Assembly (NCBI GenBank): GCA_013416795.1
Contig: RQSC01000029.1
Span: forward strand, 140,087-204,086
Reading direction: 5' to 3'
DNA: 64,000 nt
DNA from: Prasinococcaceae sp. CCMP 1430
Lineage: Eukaryota; Plantae; Prasinodermophyta
The notes beneath the pieces are model-generated. The model was not told the origin of the DNA. It ran no database searches and saw only the letters and a program-made list of their open reading frames with translations. Numbering within the stretch: position 1 is the first letter of the stretch; each line of letters begins with the position of its first letter. Positions 21,997-31,897 of this stretch are shown piece by piece. Position numbers and translations under genes: made by a program.

Positions 21997-23511
21997 TCAT
22001 GCGTCCTCCCCGGTGGTCGGCTTCACCTCGGGTGCGCCTTCGACGTACTTGTGTACGATCTTGTCGACGCCGCCCTTGGTCGCCTGCTGAAGATCGCTCC
22101 AGTTGGACCGCCCTACGAGGCGAAGCGCCTTCCAGCACCAGTTTTTGTTGTTCTTGAGCAAGTACTCCTCCTCTATTCCGGCGTCCGGATCAAGCTCGGC
22201 GGCGAGCGGCTTGAGCAGCTCGCCGAGCTCGGGCACGGGCTTGCGCTCCTCGGAGCGCACGAAGGCCTCGTGGTCACCCAGCGGCGATTTCCAGAGGTTG
22301 GAGAGCTCGAACTGTGGCGCGGCGCCGCGCATGACCCGCCGCCGCTTCACAGGCGCGGGGGCAGGCGCCTCCTCAGGCTTCCTTTCGATGCTCTTCTTGC
22401 ACCCGTCCTTCTTCCACGCCACCCAGCTTCCCTCCCGCTGCAACGTCTCCTGGATCGCCGCGACGAAGCGCGCGCCCTCTGAGCCGGGTGCTGTGCGCTT
22501 CAGCGCGCCGAGCACGCGCTCTTCAACGGGGGTGATTCTCTTGGCCTGCTCAGGCTTGAGTGCGCCCTTTTTGTTCCCTGGGGCGCGCAGGAAGCGGAAG
22601 ATGATCAGGCATTGGCAGAGGAAGTGCCGCCGGAACGCGCCGTCGCGCAGCTGCAGATTCAGTAGCCGGCCGCTGGTGAGGTATTTCGCGCCAATGCGGT
22701 CCGCGTCGTCGCCCCCAGCCGCCGCACCAGCCTCCGCTGGGGTCGCTAGCGGCAGCGACTCGAAGGCGTCCAACGCCTTACCCACGCCAGACGTAAAGTC
22801 AGAGAATGTGCTAGCGTCCCCTCCCAGCAGCTTCATCGGGTCGTTGAAGAGCCTCTGCAGGCCCCAGAACGCCTCGTGGAAATGCGCGTCCACCTCCCCG
22901 TTGGTGCCGTCGAGTTGACCGTCGGCCTCCTCGAATTCGGTGACGTTGCCCACGTTGAACTTGCCAGTCACGTTCAGCGCAGAGCGCTCAGACAGCGGGT
23001 AGAGCTTGGCGAGCAACATGACGACGCGCCCGCAGAGGACCGTGTCCGCGTCCTTGGACAGCCGTCGCAGCAGGTCGTTGCACGCGCGCAGCAGCGCGAA
23101 CTTGCCCTTGTCAAAGTAGGTGCCGACCGCATCCACGTTAGATTCCAGCCATGTGAAGACAGCCTCGCAGTCGGCAAGTGTTGACGCCGCGACCAGGTCT
23201 TCCACCATGGCGAAGACAAGCGAGGGCTCTGCAATCGTCGCGGACGCCCACTCGAGCGCTGCCGCGAGGAGTGAGGGCACGGCGCCGTCGGCGTGCTCCA
23301 GAACGGGCGCTTCAGCGTCCGCCGCTGCCGCAACGAGCTCGTCCAACACGAGCAGCGCCGCGTGACCCACGATGGCGCGCCCCTCAACGCTCAGCGGCAC
23401 ATCGCCCTCGCCGCCCGCCGCTGCCCTAACCTCGCCAGCGCCCGCATGTGCGCATATGGCGCGCGCGACGTCTTCGCGCGCCCTCTCAAAGGCGCATGGT
23501 GCGGGTGTCAT
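21997..23511 (-). CDS. THOC1: THO complex subunit 1 (Hpr1/THOC1)
   Basis: LLRACNDLLRRLSKDADTVLCGRVVMLLAKLYPLSERSALNVTGKFN; KYLTSGRLLNLQLRDGAFRRHFLCQCLI; REGSWVAWKKDGC; WCWKALRL. Likely ATG 23511; TGTAA 21 nt after the stop. Confidence 0.92.
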   Translation of the reverse strand: MTPAPCAFERAREDVARAICAHAGAGEVRAAAGGEGDVPLSVEGRAIVGHAALLVLDELVAAAADAEAPVLEHADGAVPSLLAAALEWASATIAEPSLVFAMVEDLVAASTLADCEAVFTWLESNVDAVGTYFDKGKFALLRACNDLLRRLSKDADTVLCGRVVMLLAKLYPLSERSALNVTGKFNVGNVTEFEEADGQLDGTNGEVDAHFHEAFWGLQRLFNDPMKLLGGDASTFSDFTSGVGKALDAFESLPLATPAEAGAAAGGDDADRIGAKYLTSGRLLNLQLRDGAFRRHFLCQCLIIFRFLRAPGNKKGALKPEQAKRITPVEERVLGALKRTAPGSEGARFVAAIQETLQREGSWVAWKKDGCKKSIERKPEEAPAPAPVKRRRVMRGAAPQFELSNLWKSPLGDHEAFVRSEERKPVPELGELLKPLAAELDPDAGIEEEYLLKNNKNWCWKALRLVGRSNWSDLQQATKGGVDKIVHKYVEGAPEVKPTTGEDA

Positions 23512-23652
23512 CGAGCGGCTCGAGCCTGCCGCGGTGGGATCCCTGCGGCGGAGTCCCCTCTCCGCGCCGCGCGAGGGGAGGAGGGGGGCAGGCGCGCGGG
23601 ACACGCGCGCGCTGTGGCACGCGTACTGCTCTGCGAGCGAAAAAGGAGGGAC

Positions 23653-25691
23653 ATGAAAATCCGCGCTGCCAGAGCGCGCTCTCTCCGAGCGCGCCGCAGG
23701 TGCAGCGCATGCTGCGGCGCGCCAGCGGCGCGCCGCGCGGGCGCGCCGCGCAGCCTGCGCGCGCCGCGCGGGCGCGCCGCGCAGCCCTGCGCGCGCATGG
23801 TGGCCCGCGCAGCGCGCATACGCCCCCCGGCGCCAGGCTACGTGGAGGTCAGTACCAATGCGGTCAGAACAGACGGCTCGGACGCGAGCTCGGCCATCGC
23901 GCTGAGCCTCACGCACGCCGGCCACCAGCGGAATTGGGTGCGGCCAGCGGACGAGGACCTCCGGACCACAGTCTCGCGAATTGCTCGTAACATCAGCAAG
24001 GAAGCCTTGCTGGCGCTTCCTAAGAAGGAGCGCAAGAGGGCGTCCCTGCCCGAAGGTGCGCGGGCCTCCGCGCGTGACGCCTGCATGCCGCCCCTTCCGC
24101 ATCGCATCGCACACTCTGAGCTGACCACCGTCGTCGCGACCGTTCGTCTCCATCTGGACTCCACGGCCCGCCAGTCGCTGTACGTCTTCTAGACAGCAGC
24201 GGCGAGCCCGTGGACGCGTCTCTGCCGAACAGCGCTGCGTGGCGCGACGCTGCAACGCTGTGCATCGACGACACAATCTATGCAGTGGCCGTTGACAGGC
24301 CCGACGTTGAGGAGATACGGGTCCTCTCCAGGGCGCTGCCAGGCGCACCGCTCACTGCAGCGCCCGCATTTCTGCGTGGATGTGTGGAGGATGAGATTGC
24401 ATTCGAGTGGTTTGCTGGGGAGCCCGAAGGTGTCCGTAAGGGGCGCTTGCTCGCGACGGGAGTCACGTACACGCCGCAGTCACAGGAGGAGGGCCAGTCT
24501 TTGACCCTCCTGTGCTCCCCCCCAGGCGGGGGTGTTCCTGCGCGGGCGTCCGTAGGAATCATCGCTGGTGCGCCCGCATTTGACGAGATCACGCACGCGA
24601 GGCAGCGCGCGAGCAACTTCAGCGGAGAGACGCCGCCGCTGCATGGTGCCATCCGCTTCCTGTCCTACAACCTTTTGAGCTCGGCCTATGTGGGCGAGTT
24701 CAGCTCGCTCTATCCGTACGCCACGCAGTGGGCGCTCGACACCGAGCGGCGAGTGCAGCTTGCCATGGACGAGGTGATACGCTGGAGGCCCAGCGTGGCA
24801 TGCCTCCAGGAAGTGGATGACGAGCTGTTTGCGAACGCCTGGATGCCAACGATGCGCGCCAACGGCTTCGATGGTGCGTTCTGTCCGAAAGGCGAGGGGA
24901 GCATCGAGGGGAGCGCCATGTTCTGGGACTCGCAGCGATTTGAGCGTGTCGCATCGCGGGAGGTAAGCCTTGCGGAGGCTGCAAGGAGAGCCGTCGCCGC
25001 CGCCGCCTCGCAGACAGGCGCCGTGGCTCCTCGCGGCGAATGCGGTAGTGCAGCAGCCGGTGATGGCATCGGAGAGTATCTGTACCGCATGCAGCGCGAG
25101 TGTGACTCCGCCGTGTTGTCGACACTGCTGCGCGTCGCCCAGACTGTGCAACTCTGCGTGCTGCAGGAGCGTGAGATGCCCGAACGACGCATTCTCGTGC
25201 TCAACACGCACTTGTACTTCAAGAAGTTTGCGTTGCGCGAGCGCACCGCACAGGCCGCGCTCATGCTCGGCCTGGGTCGCGACTTCCGACGAGAGTTGGC
25301 TGAGCTTCACGACTGGAACGAGGAACCGCCAATGGTGGTGTGCGGGGACCTCAACGCTGAGCCGCAGGATCTTCCTATAAGGTACCTGCTCGAGGGTGTC
25401 GAAGAGACCGACTCTGAGTGGCGAATCGATTCTAGTGGCGATGAGGCGCCGGCAGGGCAGGGCGCAACGCTCAGTGCGGCACCTGCGCTCGAGTGCGCGA
25501 CCGGAGTTCCCTCCTGGACAAATCGCGTGGACAAGTTCGAAGGCACGCTCGACTGGGTGCTCGTCGAGCGCGGGCGGCTTGTGCCGATGCGGCACGCCCC
25601 GCCCGTCGCAGACTCTGTGGGCTTCTTGCCGTCGGAGGAGTTTCCGTCGGACCATATCGCCGTGTGCTGCGACGTGCAGTACACGCCATGA
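23653..25691 (+). CDS. PDE12: PDE12/angel (CCR4-type EEP) phosphodiesterase/deadenylase; 2 exons (23653 or 23797-24055, 24175-25691)
   Basis: EEP motifs SYNLL, CLQEVD, NTHL, VCGDLN, TLDWV and FPSDH. PDE12-like N-terminus (RPADEDLRTTVSRIARN). Intron 24056-24174 (GTGCGC, CTGAC branch, CCAG) joins the two ORFs in frame. The Arg/Ala-rich N-terminus suggests an organellar transit peptide. Confidence 0.8.
23728..23796. repeat. ~31-bp GC-rich tandem duplication (GCGCGCCGCGCGGGCGCGCCGCGCAGCC(C)TGC x2)
   Basis: Two adjacent near-identical copies in the PDE12 5' region. Confidence 0.7.
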
Positions 25692-25872
25692 GCGCATTGA
25701 ACACCGTCGGAGCAGCGTGGTGACGCGCCCTGGAAATGTCGTAAACTATGTCAATATCATGTACAACACGCCCGCAGCGGCTCGGTCCCGAGCGGCGAGC
25801 GCAGCGTGGGCCATCTGCGCACAGCGCCGAGCCAGAGCGAAGGCCAAGCGACGCTACACGCGCGTTTCACGC

Positions 25873-26607
25873 TCATGCCATCATGGTCTTGAACTCCTCG
25901 AAGTCAATAAGCCCCGAGCCGTCCTTGTCCGTCTCCTTGATGAGCTGCTCGATGTCGATGGTGAGGCCGAATTCAAGGATGGTGTTGCGCAGCTTAGTTG
26001 TCGAGATCTCGCCTGTCTTATCAGCGTTGCCGCCTAGGGCCACGAATGCCTCGATGGTATCACTCTCGTCACCGCGCGCAGCCTCCTTAGCCTGCGTGAC
26101 AAGGAACGCGCGCGGATGCCCAGCAGCAGGAAGGATGCGTCGCACGAGCGCGTGGGGTGGAAGTGGGGGGGTCACAAGCACGTGAGACAGGGGAAGACTT
26201 GAGTCAGGGATGTCCGCACGCACATTTCCACCCGCTAGCACGCGCAAGGAGCAGCGCGCTTTGCACGCGTCGTGCGAATGCGCGTGCATGGCCTGCTCGC
26301 ACGCCCGGGAGAAGCACCTGCGCACGTGCGCTCGCTCATCCGCGCTGCTTCTTGTGTGCCTACGCCCATGCCTGGCGCATACCTTCTGGCTCTCAATCAC
26401 TCGCAGGAACTCGGAAAACTCGATCTCACCGCTGTTGTCGTCGTCGACCTCCGAGATCATGAGGAAGATCTCCTCCTCGGTGGGGTTCTGACCGAGCGCC
26501 TGCAGCGTGGCCTTGAGCTCGGTTGCATCGATGGTGCCGCTGCCGTCCTTGTCGAAGCGGCTGAACGCCTCACGGCAGCCGTCGATCTCCTCCTGCGACA
26601 GGCCCAT
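25873..26607 (-). CDS. Outer-arm dynein Ca2+-binding light chain LC4 (calmodulin-like), 147 aa; exons 26607-26383 and 26091-25873
   Basis: EF-hands [28 protein letters not shown] and [14 protein letters not shown], plus LC4-type [12 protein letters not shown] and FGLTIDI. Intron 26092-26382 (GTATGC..CGCAG). Confidence 0.85.
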   Translation of the reverse strand: MGLSQEEIDGCREAFSRFDKDGSGTIDATELKATLQALGQNPTEEEIFLMISEVDDDNSGEIEFSEFLRVIESQKVCARHGRRHTRSSADERAHVRRCFSRACEQAMHAHSHDACKARCSLRVLAGGNVRADIPDSSLPLSHVLVTPPLPPHALVRRILPAAGHPRAFLVTQAKEAARGDESDTIEAFVALGGNADKTGEISTTKLRNTILEFGLTIDIEQLIKETDKDGSGLIDFEEFKTMMA

Positions 26608-27413
26608 GGTCGCGAGCGCGTGGGCGCGCGCGCAGTCCCGGAGGGCGCACGCCGCGCAGAGAATGGCGCTCTCCGATGGTTGTTGCGCGCCGCCGCCGCG
26701 GAGGGCCGCTGCGTGCGAGGCGCGGGGACGCGTGCGACGATGCGCCGCCCGCCGCGAAGGAGCGGCCTCCCCCATATGCAAACGCATGTGCAGTCATGCA
26801 TTGCACGTGCGTTGCCCCCGCGCCGCGGGCACGCCGGGCGCCGGACAGAGGTGCGGATCCCGCCGCTAGGTGGCCCTCCTGCCCCGTGAGCGCGCGCCGC
26901 GCAGACAAACCTGGTCGCTGACCTGGTCCGGCGCGCCGGTCGCCGCCCCGGGACGCCTCACCCCTCCGCACACGCCTCGGCAGTCCGCACCCGCCGCGCC
27001 GCGCGCCCCCCCCCCCGGGGGAACCGAGCCAACCTCTGCTGTCTCCACCATCAAAACGCATTCACGCGCGCGCGCGCCCAAAGCGGCTACGCGAGGGCGC
27101 ACGCGCACAGGAGTAGCGTCCCCACCCGCCAACGCCACTGCTTCCACACACCTGGGTAATTAGAGCAAAGGAGGGAGGTCCACCAGTACATCCACGAGAT
27201 GAGACCGGGATTCTCAGATTACCCCGGAGTGCCGGCGAGGGCTCGGGCGACTCCGGGGCGAGCGCCGCTCCAACAACGGCTCGTTCCCCGGCCGCGTTCC
27301 CGGGCCCCGCGTGGGTGCGCGGGCACGCACGCAGCGCCAGCGCCGGGCACTGCGCGCTCGCGCCGCGCCCGCAGGCGCCGCGCGAGCGCGCGCGAGCAGG
27401 GAAGGGGGGGGAG

Positions 27414-30400
27414 ATGGCTGACGCCAAGCCCGAGAAAGGCGACGGGGAGGAGGAGGCGTTGCAGGTGCGCATGCGCGCATGCACGCGCGGCGCCGGCGCG
27501 GCGCGGCGCAGCAGTTTTCTGTTGGCAGTGGCGAGAGGGGGGGGACATACGCTGACGCGCGACGCGCGCGTCCCCTGCAGGCCAAGGCTTTCGAGGCGCT
27601 CGAGCGGGACTTCCAGGAGGTGCGTGAGCTCGCTAGAATGGGCGAGGGGCTGCCGCGCCGCCCACGCGCGACGAGTGCCAGTACGGCCGACCCCGGCTGC
27701 TGTGACCGATGCCACCGCTTTTTTTTTTTCACCGGGTGGAGCCCGCGCGCGCGGCAAGCGCGCGCGAGCCCCTCCGGCGCGGGCGGTGCAGGCGGATGGC
27801 GACCGCCCCCTCGTGCACCGAGTCGACGCTGTGCAGGATGTCAAGCCCCTTGGTGGCGGTGGGAAGCGCGAGACCCTTACGAGCTGCGGGAGCTGGGGTG
27901 GGGAATGAGGAGAGCGTCCCGCGTGCGCGCGTGTACGCTCTCCCGTTCGGTCGGCAAAAAGAAAAAAATGCGGAACGTGTGTGAAGTGTCTGCGTTGAGC
28001 AACGCGCGCGTGTGCCGCAGCTGCGCAGCGTGGCCCATGCCCGGAGACTGACACCGGCACAATTCCTCTGGGTCGCTGTCGCCACTCGCTTGGCTTCGTG
28101 GGCATACCGTGCAGGTGCTGCGCGAGCTTGTCGGCGACAAGTCGCTTGAGAAGTTCCGCGTGGAGTACGAGAAGCTCCACCGGACGCTGAAGAAGTCGCA
28201 TGAGTCTGAGAAGCGCCTTATCAAGAAATGCCGCGAGCTCAACAATGAGATCGTTGCCAATGCTGCCAAAGTCCAGACCGCGCTCAAGCTGAGCGAGGAG
28301 GATCAGTCCATCATCGCTGCGCTCAAGAAGGAGATCGAGAAGGCGTGGAAGATGGTGGACGCCTCGCACGAGAAGGAGGCTAAGGCCAAGGAGAACATCC
28401 AGGAGCTAAAACTGGAGATTGCAAACCTGTCACGCCTTGTCGAGCAAGGCACAAGCGTGGGCGGGGGACAGGAGAGCGCGCTCATGGATGACCTGATGCG
28501 CCAGAAGGACGAGCTCGTGGCCGAGCGCGACGGGCAAGTGCAGCAGATCGTCGCGCTGCGCAACGAGGTGATGGAGAGCGGCGAGAAGCTCCGCGCGGCC
28601 GAGGCCGCGCGCCACGCGCTCGAGACCGACATCGCCGCGCTCACAGAAAAGGTCAATGGCAAGAAGGCCGAGGGCGAGCGCGAGATGCGTCATAAGGAGC
28701 GCCTCGAGCGTGAGATGCGCGACCTGAAGCGCCAGCTCGACGAGCGCGCCGTCGAGGTCAAGGCAAAGCAGACCACGGTACAGGCCGCGCAGGAGCAGGT
28801 GAAGCGCTTGGAGAAGCAGCTCCACGACCAGCACGGCGCCACGGAGCGCGCGCAGCGCGAGAGCGACGGGCTCACACAGAAGGTGCAGAAGCTGCACGCC
28901 GACCTCGATGAGCAGACCCAACACAACACGCAGCTGCTCACAGAAAACTCACAGCGCAAGGCGGAGCTCAAGTCGAAGGAGGATGAGCTCGCCACGGTGC
29001 GCGGGGAGATTGCTCGCGTGAACAAGATCCGCGACAACGCGCTCGCCAAGGTCAAGCAGGTGGAGCGCCAGCGCACCGAGGTGGAGCGCCAGGCCGAGGA
29101 ATATCGAGGCGAGATCGCGCAGCTTGAGCGCGAGATCGACGCGGGCCGCAGGGCAGTGGATACTGAGCGCAAGAAGCAGGATGAGCTTATGCGCGAGCGC
29201 GACATTCTCAACAAGCTCAAGACGAGCGCTGAGAACGCCACCAGCCGCCAGATGGACCTCGTGAAGGTCAACGAGAACACTCGCAAGAATCTCGAGCAGG
29301 AAATCTCCGGCTACAAGGCCGAGGCGCAGCGCCAGGGCCAGACCATCAACAGCCTCGAGCGCGAGCGCGAGAAGTACGGCGCGGAGGCCTCGAATGCGTC
29401 CGCTAAGTACCTGCAGGCGCTTGAGGAGGTCAAGATGCGCGAAATGACGATCATCGACCTCCAGAAGAAGATCGTGGAGGGCGAATCCAAGCTCAGGCAG
29501 CAGCAGAACCTATACGAGGCCGCGCGCTCGGACCGCAACCTGTACTCGAAGAATCTCATCGAGGCGCAAGACGAGATACAGGAGATGAAGCGCAAGTTCA
29601 AGATGATGTCGCACCAAATCGAGCAGCTCAAGGAGGAGATCGGCTCAAAGGACCTCGCGCTGGTGAAGGAGCATTTTGACCACGTCCGAGTGGAGAAGGA
29701 GAAGGAGAGCTTGCGCTTCGAGCTTCAGAAGGCGCGCGAGCAAATCAAGGAGGCCGAGAGTGCGATCTCCGCTCAGTCGAAAGAGATCGAGAAACTCAAC
29801 CAGATCATCTCAGAGGCCGACCAGGAGCGCTTGCGCCAGACCAAGGAGTACGACATCGTCATCAACGAGCGTGACATTCTCGGCACGCAGCTCATACGCC
29901 GCAACGACGAGCTCGCTCTGCTCTACGAGAAGATCAAGATACAGGCGAGCACGCTCTCCAAGGGCCAGATTCAATATCGCGACCGGCTCAACGAGATCCG
30001 GGTGCTCAAAATCAAGCTGAGCGACGTCAAGCGCGAGCTCCTGGTCGTGAAGAACAGTGTGGCGGCGGTGGACGTGCTCAAGCGCGAGGTGCACCACCTG
30101 GGGCGCGAGCTGCTGCAGGAGCGCACCAAGGTGAAGGCGCTGTCGGAGGAGCTCGAGAACCCGCTCAACGTGCACAGGTGGCGGAAACTCGAGGGGTCCG
30201 ACCCAGGACTCTACGACATGATCCTCAAGATCCAGACGCTGCAGAAAAGGCTCATCGCAAAGACGGAGGAGGTGGTCGAAAGGGATCTCGCCATCCAGGA
30301 AAAGGAGAGGCTGTACGTGGAGCTCAAGAGCATCCTCGCACGGCAGCCGGGCCCCGAGGTGGCGGAGCAGCTGACCATCTACCAGGCGAGCCTGCGCGAG

Positions 30401-30649
30401 AAGACCCGCAGCATGAAGTCCATGGCGTCTGAACTCAACATGTACTCCGCGCAGTGCGCGGAGTACAAGTACGAGATCGAGAGGTTAAACAGAGAGCTCG
30501 CAGCGCTCAAGGCTAAGTGGTACGAGTCGAAGAGGAGGGAGCAGCAGGCCGAGCACAAGGCCACGGCCAAGTCGACATCCGTCAAGACGCAGCCCCTCGG
30601 CGCGAGCCAGGCCAGGTTCACGGGTGGCGGCTTCTCGTTGAACGACTAG
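27414..30649 (+). CDS. CFAP58: Cilia- and flagella-associated protein 58 (FAP58/FAP189 family), ~874 aa; exons 27414-27464, 27581-27619, 28115-30649
   Basis: FEALERDFQEVLRELVGDKSLEKFRVEYEKLH; QQNLYEAARSDRNLYSKNLIE; ERDILGTQLIRRNDELALLYEK; LENPLNVHRWRKLEGSDP; C-terminal RFTGGGF. Canonical GTGCG..CAG phase-0 introns. Confidence 0.93.
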
Positions 30650-30876
30650 AGCCCCCAAAAGCAAACACTGCGACGCGGAACACAATTGTAACTACTTGTC
30701 ATTAATGCGGTGGCGATTGCGCCCATGAGCAGTGGGCCAGCATTCTTGAGCGCGTTTGGTGGCCTCGCGCGTCGGCAGGCGTGAGCCACTGAGCACGCGC
30801 TGCTGACTCCAGCCCTTGCGAACATCCGCAGCCGATTGCGTGCATGCGCGCTGCGCGCGCAGCCGGGCGCGCAGCC

Positions 30877-31083
30877 TCACGCGCGCCCGCTGGCGCGCAT
30901 GCACTCGGCGACGCAGCGTGAGGAGCATTCCTCGTTCCACTTGGGCACTTGGTGGCTGTTGTTGCACACAGCCATTGCACACGCCTCTGTGCACGCGTCG
31001 ACGTCGCTCACGCCGCACACGGTGACGCATGCGCCCGGCGTCGGGTCCTTGGCCAGCCCGCCGAGCTATTCGGCGAGGGGGGG

Positions 31084-31130
<47 letters not shown>

Positions 31131-31428
31131 TGCGTCAGCTCTCGTTGCGGTCGAAGCGAGCGCGTCGCAGGGCGCTGCATCCGCGCGTGTATCCAATCGC
31201 CCAAATCGCCGACCTAGGTTGGAGCCGCGTGAACTCCGCACAAGCCCGCGATGCCCCGCGCCATCGCCAGCCTCGCACCTTGTTCAGTAGCTTGTTGGAC
31301 GCGCACACGCGCTCGCACACGAACTCGCCCTCCCCCGCCGCCACGCGGCGCGCCTTGACGTCCCCGCCGCTGCCGCCGCCGCCGCGCCGGAAGACGGTGG
31401 CGCCGCCCACGACGGCCGCGGGCGCGCT
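30877..31428 (-). CDS. Small Cys-rich protein similar to plant uncharacterized At5g64816; exons 31428-31279 and 31065-30877; N-terminus unresolved (in-frame ATG at 31671)
   Basis: Spliced reading EFVCERVCASNKLLNK|LGGLAKDPTPGACVTVCGVSDVDACTEACAMAVCNNSHQVPKWNEECSSRCVAECMRASGRA*. This matches the recalled plant motif FVCERVCTSKR.LKKVG.FSKDP.PDTCVTVCGVSELDAC.DACARTVC.NQHQVPNWND.C..RC..EC. Intron 31066-31278 has a GTGCGA donor, CTGAC branch, poly-C tract and TAG acceptor. Confidence 0.85.
31087..31128 (-). repeat. 42-nt G run (poly-C on the sense strand) at the polypyrimidine-tract position of intron 31066-31278
   Basis: Lies between the CTGAC branch point (~31134-31138) and the TAG acceptor on the minus strand. 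Confidence 0.75.
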
Positions 31429-31897
31429 CTGCCCACCGCGCGGCGCCCCGGGGAGGGGGGGGGGGGGGAGGAGGGGGGTCGTCTCGCCGCCGCCGCGCCC
31501 CTCGCGCCGCGCCGCCGCGATACCACGCACGCGACAGTTTTCTTTTTTCTTTTTTGTTGTTTTTGTTTTCGTTTTCGCGGTTCGCGGCGCGCAACCGCGA
31601 AACCCTCGCTCGCGGCGTGCGCCGCGGCGGGCAACCGTTTGTTTTCCTCTATGTATCCCCGGGGCTTTCATCGGTCCGGGATGGTGATTGGTTGGCGACG
31701 ACGGGCTGGCTGGCTGGCTTCTGGACCCCGTTGTTGATGGACGGGCCGCGCGCGGGCGGGCGGAGGACCCGGATGTCTGGGCGCTACCTTGCCCGGCTGG
31801 GGACCCGCTGCCCTCCGGCCCAGCCGCCGGCGGGCCGCGCGCGCATGGGGGGGCGTCTGCGCGGGGAGCTCCGGCGAGGCGCGGCGCGGCGCGCGCC

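Noticed and set aside
21749-22138. N-terminal extension of the 2452-aa ORF with poly-Pro
   Set aside because: It reads through an N-gap, a homopolymer and the THOC1 3' end, so it is not a credible coding extension.
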